Shown: piece after piece, positions 25,513 through 32,000 of the stretch | Layout: each line of letters starts with the position of its first letter | How positions within the stretch are numbered: the first letter of the stretch is position 1 | From: Methylophaga frappieri | GTDB taxonomy: Bacteria; Pseudomonadota; Gammaproteobacteria; Nitrosococcales; Methylophagaceae | Direction: 5' to 3' | Assembly (NCBI RefSeq): GCF_000260965.1 | Contig: NC_017856.1 | Coordinates: forward strand, 600,001 to 632,000 | Length of the DNA stretch: 32,000 bases | Translations under genes and position numbers: made by a program | The notes under the pieces: generated by a model | The model's database searches: none | Told to the model about the DNA's origin: nothing | What the model saw: only the letters and a program-made list of their open reading frames with translations

Positions 25513-28277
25513 TAGAGTGTTGGTTTCATCAAAACACGTTCAAAGACTTCAATTTGATCACCGGGTTTGACGTCTTTGTAATTGCGGACGCCGATACCAC
25601 ACTCTGTGCCGGCATTCACTTCATTCACATCATCTTTAAAGCGGCGGAGTGATTCCAGCTCACCTTCAAAAATAACCACATTGTCTCGCAGCACACGAAT
25701 CGGATTACTCCGTTTGACGACACCCTCCAATACCAAGCAACCAGCGATATCACCAAACTTGGGAGAACGGAATACATCATCAACACGTGCAAGACCAATA
25801 ATTTCATCTTTATAAACCGGCTCAAGCATACCGGTCATCGCTTTGGTGACAACATCTAGCAAATCATAAATGATACTGAAATATTGTACGTCCAAGCCTT
25901 TTTCCGAAATGACCTTTCTAGCGGCGTTATCGGCTCGCACATTAAAACCAATCAAAATTGCTTCAGAGGCGGCCGCTAACTGTGCATCCGTTTCGTTGAT
26001 ACCACCAACGCCAGATCCCACAACGCGCACTTTGACTTGTTCAGTTGAAAGCTTTTGCAAACCTTGGCTAACTGCCTCGACACTACCGTGAACATCCCCT
26101 TTAATAACAAGATTGAGTGTTTTAACGTCACCCTCTTCCATCTTGTTAAACATCTCATCGAGTTTGGCTGCCTGCTGTCTGGCAATTTTTGCTTCACGCG
26201 CTTTTGTCTGGCGGAATGTCGCAATTTCTCTTGCAGTGCGATCATCGGGTGCAACTTGAAGTTCATCGCCCGCAGCTGGCGTGCCCGATAGGCCTAATAT
26301 TTCAACAGGTGTCGACGGACCTGCAGTATCTAATTGTTGACCACTTTCGTTAAACAAGGCACGAACCCGACCAAACTCTTGGCCAACCACCACAATATCG
26401 CCTTTATTGAGGGTACCACGCTGCACCAATGCAGTAATGACTGTACCTCGACCTTTGTCCAAGCGTGCTTCAACGACCGTGCCAATAGCCGGCCCTTTCA
26501 CGGGCGCTTTCAATTCCATCACTTCCGCTTGCAGTGAAATTGCTTCCAGCAAGTCATCAACACCCTCACCGGTTAAAGCAGAAACAGGGACAAATTGCAC
26601 ATCACCACCCCAATCTTCCGGGATGACCTCATGATTTGATAATTCCTGCTTAACCCGATCCGGATTGGCTTCAGGTTTATCCATCTTATTAATGGCAACA
26701 ATTAATGTGGATTGTGCCGCTTTTGCATGTTGAATCGCTTCGATAGTTTGTGGCATCACCCCATCGTCTGCAGCCACAACTAACACAACGATGTCGGTAA
26801 CTTTTGCCCCCCGAGAACGCATTTCTGTAAAGGCGGCGTGTCCCGGTGTATCTAGGAAAGCCACTTCTCCTCGGCTGGTTTCGACTTTATAGGCCCCAAT
26901 ATGCTGGGTGATGCCGCCGGCTTCACCTGAAGTCACTTTAGTACGGCGAATATAGTCCAGAAGTGAGGTTTTACCATGATCGACATGGCCCATCACGGTC
27001 ACTACAGGCGCTCTGACCACCGCTTCACCAACCTGTTCCTCAGAAACCTCCAGTGCCAACTCGACCTGATTTTCTTGAACGGGTTTGGCGATATGGCCCA
27101 TTTCTTCAACGACAATAACAGCCGTGTCCTGATCCAGAACCTGATTGATGGTGGCCATCGTACCTAGCCCCATTAATGACTTGATTAACTCACCTGATTT
27201 GACAGAAAGTCGTTGTGCTAAATCTCCGACACTAATCGTTTCTGGAACGCTGACTTCCTTCACAACCGGCGCAGTGGGCTTAGAAAACCCGTGTTCTGTT
27301 TCCAATACCGGTGTTTTTTGTGGAGCTGCCGCTTTTTTCTTCTTCCGGCGACCCGCTTTGCCTTCACGAACGTGAAGCTCTTTGCGTTCAAAGTCATCAT
27401 CACGATCATGGCGCCCTTTACGTGCAGGTTTGTCTTTACCATGACGAGTGTCGGTATCTTTGCGATCAGTTTTCTGCTCTTTGGCCTGAGCATCGACCGT
27501 CGCCTGACGTGCTTCTTCACGGGCTTTTTCCAGTGCTTCCTCTTCTTCTCTGGCCTTGCGTTTGGCTTCCAGCGCTTTTTCTGCTTCTACCCGAGCCAGA
27601 TTTGCTGCCCGACGCTTGGCATCCGCCTCTTCTAATTTTTTATGTGCCAGCTGTGATGCCGATAGTTTTGGCTCAGTTTTTTCAGTATTGGCTTTTTTGG
27701 CAGTTTGCGACTTTGCTTCTTCTGCCAGAGCTTTTTGCTCTTCCTCAGCTGCCAGCCGTGCTTCCTCAGAAGCTTGTTTTTCAGCTTCAATTGCCGCAGC
27801 AACCGCCGCAGATTCTGCTTCAGCTTCTTTCTGGCGGTCAACTTCTTCTTGCTGTTTTCTCGCTACTTCTTGCTGGCGTAATTGTTCTTGTTTTGCCAGT
27901 TCTTCAGCATGTTGTTGCGCTTGTTGCTGATTTAATAGCTCTGTCGCAGCGGCTTCGTCAGGTGTGCGTTTGACATAGGTCCGTTTTTTGCGCACTTCAA
28001 CACTGACACTTTTTCCGCCTGAACGAGAAGAACCGCCACCCAGCTTGATTTCACTGACTGATTTACGCTTCAGGGTAATCTTGCGCGGCGAGGCATCTTT
28101 ACCATCCGCAACGCCATGACGTTGCTGCAAAAACTGTAATAACGTCTGCTTTTGCTCTTCGGTAATCAACTCATCTGCTTTACTGACCGAAATGCCCGCT
28201 TCATTAAGCTGTTCAACCAGTTTTTCTGGTGAGACACGAATTGTATCGGCGAGGTCTTTAACCTTTATATCGCTCAT
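25512..28277 (-). CDS. infB: Translation initiation factor IF-2
   Basis: [13 protein letters not shown]-domain and the C-terminal IF-2 domains. Long charged E/K/A/Q-rich N-terminal region. Confidence 0.97.
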   Translation of the reverse strand: MSDIKVKDLADTIRVSPEKLVEQLNEAGISVSKADELITEEQKQTLLQFLQQRHGVADGKDASPRKITLKRKSVSEIKLGGGSSRSGGKSVSVEVRKKRTYVKRTPDEAAATELLNQQQAQQHAEELAKQEQLRQQEVARKQQEEVDRQKEAEAESAAVAAAIEAEKQASEEARLAAEEEQKALAEEAKSQTAKKANTEKTEPKLSASQLAHKKLEEADAKRRAANLARVEAEKALEAKRKAREEEEALEKAREEARQATVDAQAKEQKTDRKDTDTRHGKDKPARKGRHDRDDDFERKELHVREGKAGRRKKKKAAAPQKTPVLETEHGFSKPTAPVVKEVSVPETISVGDLAQRLSVKSGELIKSLMGLGTMATINQVLDQDTAVIVVEEMGHIAKPVQENQVELALEVSEEQVGEAVVRAPVVTVMGHVDHGKTSLLDYIRRTKVTSGEAGGITQHIGAYKVETSRGEVAFLDTPGHAAFTEMRSRGAKVTDIVVLVVAADDGVMPQTIEAIQHAKAAQSTLIVAINKMDKPEANPDRVKQELSNHEVIPEDWGGDVQFVPVSALTGEGVDDLLEAISLQAEVMELKAPVKGPAIGTVVEARLDKGRGTVITALVQRGTLNKGDIVVVGQEFGRVRALFNESGQQLDTAGPSTPVEILGLSGTPAAGDELQVAPDDRTAREIATFRQTKAREAKIARQQAAKLDEMFNKMEEGDVKTLNLVIKGDVHGSVEAVSQGLQKLSTEQVKVRVVGSGVGGINETDAQLAAASEAILIGFNVRADNAARKVISEKGLDVQYFSIIYDLLDVVTKAMTGMLEPVYKDEIIGLARVDDVFRSPKFGDIAGCLVLEGVVKRSNPIRVLRDNVVIFEGELESLRRFKDDVNEVNAGTECGIGVRNYKDVKPGDQIEVFERVLMKPTL

Positions 28278-28280
28278 TGG

Positions 28281-29795
28281 TTACTCCCCTGTATCAGTTG
28301 ATTCATCGGCAAACCAGGATTCACGCGCTTTCATAATAAGCGCTGCCGCTTTTTCTGCATCGATACCACCAATTTCAACTAATTCATCAACAGATTGATC
28401 TGCCAAGTCATCTACCGTGGTCACGTTTTGTTCAGCTAACTTCTCTGCCAATGTCTGATCGACGCCAGGTAAAGCTGACAGAGGTTGATCCGGGCTTAAC
28501 ACTTCTTTTTCTTCTTCGTCCGCAATGGCACGGGTCAATAACACATCACGTGCTCTTGACCGCAGTTCTTGCACAATTTCGGCATCAAACTCTTCAATAT
28601 CCAGCATTTCATGCTCAGGAACGTAGGCAACCTCTTCAAGAGAAGAAAATCCTTCCTGCGCGAGGATAAGGGCCACATCTTCATCGACACCTAAATCAGT
28701 CATGAAGCTCTCAATGAGCGCGCCCATTTCTTTTTCTGCTTTTTGTTCGGCGTCTGCCGAGGACATGACGTTTAATTCCCAGCCAGTTAATTGGCTTGCT
28801 AACCGAACATTTTGACCATTACGACCAATGGCTTGTGATAGCTGCTCATCTTCAACAGCAATGTCCATGCTGTGTGCATCTTCATCAACGACAATCGATA
28901 ACACTTCTGCTGGTGCCATGGCATTGATTGCAAATCGGGCAGGATCTTCATCCCATAAAATGATATCCACCCGCTCCCCAGCTAACTCATTAGTCACGGC
29001 CTGTACCCGCGAACCGCGCATACCAACACAGGCACCAACTGGATCGATTCGGGATTCATGAGCCAAAACGGCAATTTTTGCACGCAAACCAGGGTCTCGT
29101 GCTGCGCCTTTGATTTCAATCAATCCATCACTGATTTCTGGCACTTCCAGACGAAATAATTCGATCAGTAATTGCGGCGCAATACGACTGACGATCAGTT
29201 GTGGCCCGCGCCCTTCCGGGCGAATTTCTTTTAAAAACCCACGAATGCGATCCCCGGACCGAAAGCTTTCACGTGGAATCATTTCTTCCCGAGGCAGAAA
29301 AGCTTCTGCATTGGCGCCTAAATCGAGAGTGACATTGCCACGTTCGACGCGCTTAACTGTACCCAGGATCATTTGGCCGACTTTTTCGCGATATTGATCG
29401 ACTACTTGGGCACGTTCAGCTTCGCGTACTTTTTGAACAATTACCTGTTTAGCAGTTTGGGCCGCAATTCGACCAAACTCAACTGATTCCATTGGCTCAG
29501 AAATATAGTCGCCAACACTGATATCGGATTGTTTTTTTGTGGCATCTGAAAGGCGGATTTGTAATGCCTCGCCTTCAAACTCTTCATCCTCATCAGCAAC
29601 AACCAGCCACTGCCGAAATGTTTCATAATGGCCTGAGATACGGTCAATCGCGACATGGGCATCTAATTCCATTTCATAGCGTTTGCGGGTCGCCATTGCC
29701 AATGCCGCTTCAATTGCTTGAAAGATCACTTCTTTGCTGACGCCTTTTTCGTTAGACATCGCATCAACGACCAGTAAGATTTCTTTGTTATTCAT
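28281..29795 (-). CDS. nusA: Transcription termination/antitermination factor NusA
   Basis: N-terminal NusA domain ([19 protein letters not shown]), S1, two KH domains and C-terminal acidic repeats. Confidence 0.97.
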   Translation of the reverse strand: MNNKEILLVVDAMSNEKGVSKEVIFQAIEAALAMATRKRYEMELDAHVAIDRISGHYETFRQWLVVADEDEEFEGEALQIRLSDATKKQSDISVGDYISEPMESVEFGRIAAQTAKQVIVQKVREAERAQVVDQYREKVGQMILGTVKRVERGNVTLDLGANAEAFLPREEMIPRESFRSGDRIRGFLKEIRPEGRGPQLIVSRIAPQLLIELFRLEVPEISDGLIEIKGAARDPGLRAKIAVLAHESRIDPVGACVGMRGSRVQAVTNELAGERVDIILWDEDPARFAINAMAPAEVLSIVVDEDAHSMDIAVEDEQLSQAIGRNGQNVRLASQLTGWELNVMSSADAEQKAEKEMGALIESFMTDLGVDEDVALILAQEGFSSLEEVAYVPEHEMLDIEEFDAEIVQELRSRARDVLLTRAIADEEEKEVLSPDQPLSALPGVDQTLAEKLAEQNVTTVDDLADQSVDELVEIGGIDAEKAAALIMKARESWFADESTDTGE

Positions 29796-29870
29796 TACGC
29801 CCCCAGTGGATTTTCACCCGGACACAAAATCCAGACCAAGATTTAAATTTTATTGCTTGTCTTATGCGCT

Positions 29871-30317
29871 TCAGGCTAATAGCCGCGCCTTAGCCAATCT
29901 GGTGAATGGCAGAGAAAAAACTTCTCCATCCACTTCAATTAATATTTCGTCGTCTTCTACACCTTGTAATTCGCCAGTAAAATTACGTCGGCCATTTACC
30001 GGTAATTTGGTACTGATTTTTGCCATCTGACCAGCAAACCGGACAAAATCCTTCTTCTTAAACAATGGCCGATCAAATCCAGGTGAAGACACTTCCAGCA
30101 TATAGGCTTTAGTGATCGGGTCTTCGACGTCCAAAACACCACTGACCTGATGACTGACACGCTCACAATCCTCAATCGAAATGCCCTGCTCGGCGTCAAT
30201 ATAGATTCGCAGAATGGGGTTGTGCCCACCTTGCAAATATTCAACACCCACCAGTTCATAACCGAGAGTTTCGATAGATGCCTCTATTAATTGCTCAACT
30301 TGATCAGTGATGGCCAT
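29871..30317 (-). CDS. rimP: Ribosome maturation factor RimP
   Basis: The MAITDQVEQLIEASIETLGYELVGVEY N-terminus is typical. GAGG RBS. The track's upstream extension to 30521 is discarded. Confidence 0.9.
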   Translation of the reverse strand: MAITDQVEQLIEASIETLGYELVGVEYLQGGHNPILRIYIDAEQGISIEDCERVSHQVSGVLDVEDPITKAYMLEVSSPGFDRPLFKKKDFVRFAGQMAKISTKLPVNGRRNFTGELQGVEDDEILIEVDGEVFSLPFTRLAKARLLA

Positions 30318-30364
30318 AGTCGCCTCAACGTGTCTTGGACACGAATCGAATCTCCAGAAAAACA

Positions 30365-30392
30365 AAAACCCCATATAGGGGCCCGGAATTAA
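30365..30392 (-). terminator. Weak terminator-like hairpin plus U-tract in the rimP leader (possible attenuator)
   Basis: On the minus strand: GGCCCC-tatat-GGGGTT followed by TTTGTTTTTCTGG, about 50 nt upstream of the rimP ATG. The stem has only 4 GC plus 2 GU pairs. Confidence 0.3.
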
Positions 30393-30492
30393 TAAATTTG
30401 TCATGCGGGTCGAGTTGCCAGCCCCGCTCTGCAACAGCCTTGAGTCAGCAGACATCCGACGCCGATACTCACCGCTTCCCAGAAAGCATCGA

Positions 30493-30521
30493 ATATTAAC
30501 AAAATCAGGCTTTCTCAGCAA
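30493..30521 (-). promoter_or_regulatory. Putative sigma70 promoter of rimP-nusA-infB (TTGCTG-17 nt-TAATAT)
   Basis: -35 at 30516-30521 and -10 at 30493-30498 read on the minus strand. Confidence 0.4.
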
Positions 30522-30708
30522 CTAAAAACAATTCTCTCGAAAACCAGAGGTGTCTTGCCTGTGTCGCTCTTGATAAGCTGTTCCGTCGTCAATTACAGTC
30601 GCAACGTTTGTCGGTACCGACAGGCTGTTAAACCTTCATAACAAGCACTAAAGCCATTTAGCGCTGGCCTTCTTTCGGCCTCAGATGTAATCGCATATTA
30701 CAAATGCA

Positions 30709-30728
30709 GGCGCAACGGGCGTTGCGCC
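30709..30728 (-). terminator. GC-rich hairpin downstream of the reductase gene
   Basis: GGCGCAAC-gggc-GTTGCGCC, an 8-bp perfect stem. On the minus strand it is followed by TGCATTTGTAAT. It lies about 92 nt past the stop. Confidence 0.45.
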
Positions 30729-30819
30729 ATGGATGGTTGTCAAGGGACGATGGTGTCCTAGCCTAATCACAACCGGATTTTGGTTCTCCAGCAGACATTA
30801 TCCGCAACGTAATGTATTG

Positions 30820-32000
30820 TTAATAAACGTCCCGCACATAGCGTTTTTGTTTTTTCAGTTGCGTGACATATTCTTGCGCAGCCTGAGCAGACATTCCACC
30901 ATGTTCAGCAATGACATCATGCAAAGCCACATCAACATCCTTTGCCATGCGATAAGCATCACCACAGATGTAGAAGTAACCGCCCTGTTCCAGCCATTTG
31001 AATAGCTCTTCACCATTTTCTCGCATGCGATCTTGAACATAAATCTTCTCTTCCTGATCCCGAGAAAAAGCCAAATCCAGTCTTGTCAGTAAGCCGTTCT
31101 TCTGCATGGCGGTGATTTCATCTTCGTAGATGTAGTCTGTCGCACTGTTTCTATCCCCAAAAAACAACCAGTTAGGCCCTTTTGCCTCACGCACTTCACG
31201 TTCTTCTAAAAAAGCTCTGAATGGCGCAATACCGGTTCCAGGACCAACCATGATCATCGGTAAATCATCATCTGCTGGCACGGCAAAGTTTTTATTTGGC
31301 GAGAAATAACACTTCACTTTGTCTCCGACCTCGGCCACATCCATCAAGAAAGTCGAGCAAACACCATGATGTTCACGGTCATTCTTGTTGTAACGAACAC
31401 TACTAATGGTGAGATGGACTGATTCGTTATGTTTGTTGATGCTGGACGAGATAGAGTACGCCCGAGGCGCTAAGGGCTTGCATAGAGACAGGAACTCAGC
31501 CGGCGTCAACTCAGCCGGGTAAGCACGAAGCAAGTCGACAATGTCTTTACCCCATAAAAAATCATCAAGCGCTTCTTTATCATTGTTTTCCAATAACCGG
31601 TTCAGCTCAGCGTCACCGGTACGCAAAGCCAGTTCTGCCAGCAGTTCCTTGCTTGGCAAGCGAATTTCGAACTCTTCGGTCAACAATGTTTTTAAAGAGC
31701 GGTTTTGCCCATTATAGGGCTCTATCTGATCATCATCCGCATTAAGCAATGTCAGCAATTCCGAGACCAGATCCGGTCGGTTGCGTGGAATCACATTCAG
31801 CGCATCACCTGCCTCATAATGTTCACCACTACCGTGCAATGAAAACTCATAATGCACGATTTCTTTACTGGAGCCCGCCTTATTCAATACCCGTTTTGCG
31901 GTCAACTCAGCTTCCAGTGGGTTTTGCCGATTATATTTTGACTTTTCTTTTTTTGGCTTGTTTTCCACTTTGCCAACGTCACCAGCTTGATCGGAGCCCT
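30820..32000 (-). CDS. CysJ-type diflavin/FNR-like reductase, FAD/NADPH-binding part (5' end beyond window)
   Basis: RAYSISSS (FAD), GPGTGIAPFRAF (NADPH) and YICGDAYRMAKDV...RYVRDVY. The C-terminus resembles CysJ. The frame stays open upstream of the track's GTG 31968 through position 32000. Confidence 0.8.
   Translation of the reverse strand, partial: GSDQAGDVGKVENKPKKEKSKYNRQNPLEAELTAKRVLNKAGSSKEIVHYEFSLHGSGEHYEAGDALNVIPRNRPDLVSELLTLLNADDDQIEPYNGQNRSLKTLLTEEFEIRLPSKELLAELALRTGDAELNRLLENNDKEALDDFLWGKDIVDLLRAYPAELTPAEFLSLCKPLAPRAYSISSSINKHNESVHLTISSVRYNKNDREHHGVCSTFLMDVAEVGDKVKCYFSPNKNFAVPADDDLPMIMVGPGTGIAPFRAFLEEREVREAKGPNWLFFGDRNSATDYIYEDEITAMQKNGLLTRLDLAFSRDQEEKIYVQDRMRENGEELFKWLEQGGYFYICGDAYRMAKDVDVALHDVIAEHGGMSAQAAQEYVTQLKKQKRYVRDVY

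Noticed and set aside
27291-27973. Cluster of long plus-strand ORFs (up to 220 aa) opposite the infB 5' region
   Set aside because: They are produced by the repetitive GAA/GCA/AAG-rich coding of the charged IF-2 N-terminal region. The translations are Leu/Phe/Cys/Ser-rich, with no start context.
27300-28000. Repetitive E/K/A/Q-rich tract in infB as a possible novel repeat element
   Set aside because: A variable, charged, low-complexity N-terminal domain is a normal feature of proteobacterial IF-2.
30318-30819. Expected metY (initiator tRNA) upstream of rimP
   Set aside because: No match to the fMet tRNA sequence or to general tRNA T-arm patterns on the minus strand.

Overview
Gammaproteobacterial chromosome segment; the genus cannot be assigned by eye. 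All calls come from manual motif reading, with no searches run.

Block 1 (1 to ~6880) is the xis/int end of an integrated mobile element. Reading right to left it carries:
- an AlpA-type xis
- a P4/DUF4102-type int
- a small RHH-like gene
- a ParM-type actin-like ATPase
- a repeat-rich divergent intergenic region
- a 147-aa gene
- umuC/umuD behind a perfect LexA box
- a DnaQ-like exonuclease running off the window

This order and the insertion point match what I remember of SXT/R391-family ICEs. The decisive clue is absent from the ORF track: a 23-codon 5' fragment of prfC (MSVNLQSEVNKRRTFAIISHPDA) on the minus strand at 6867-6935, broken inside the P-loop codons. Between that junction and xis lie two full and one partial degenerate ~240-bp tandem units. 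Each ends in a decayed copy of the same prfC core sequence.

Block 2 (7020-21420) is chromosomal:
- a phytochrome-like PAS-GAF-PHY-GGDEF cyclase with a degenerate bilin pocket
- a SulP-USP operon
- a YbdG-like MscS channel
- a five-gene MarR-MFS-OMF-MFP-RND operon
- a DUF815 ATPase

Block 3 (21508-30317, minus strand) is the conserved rimP-nusA-infB-rbfA-truB-rpsO-pnp cluster, with no metY tRNA upstream. A CysJ-type reductase gene follows and runs off the right edge.

No rRNA, tRNA, CRISPR array or IS element was seen. I found no convincing wholly new multi-gene system. The most unusual material is the att-proximal repeat architecture and the chromophore-pocket-less phytochrome-like cyclase.
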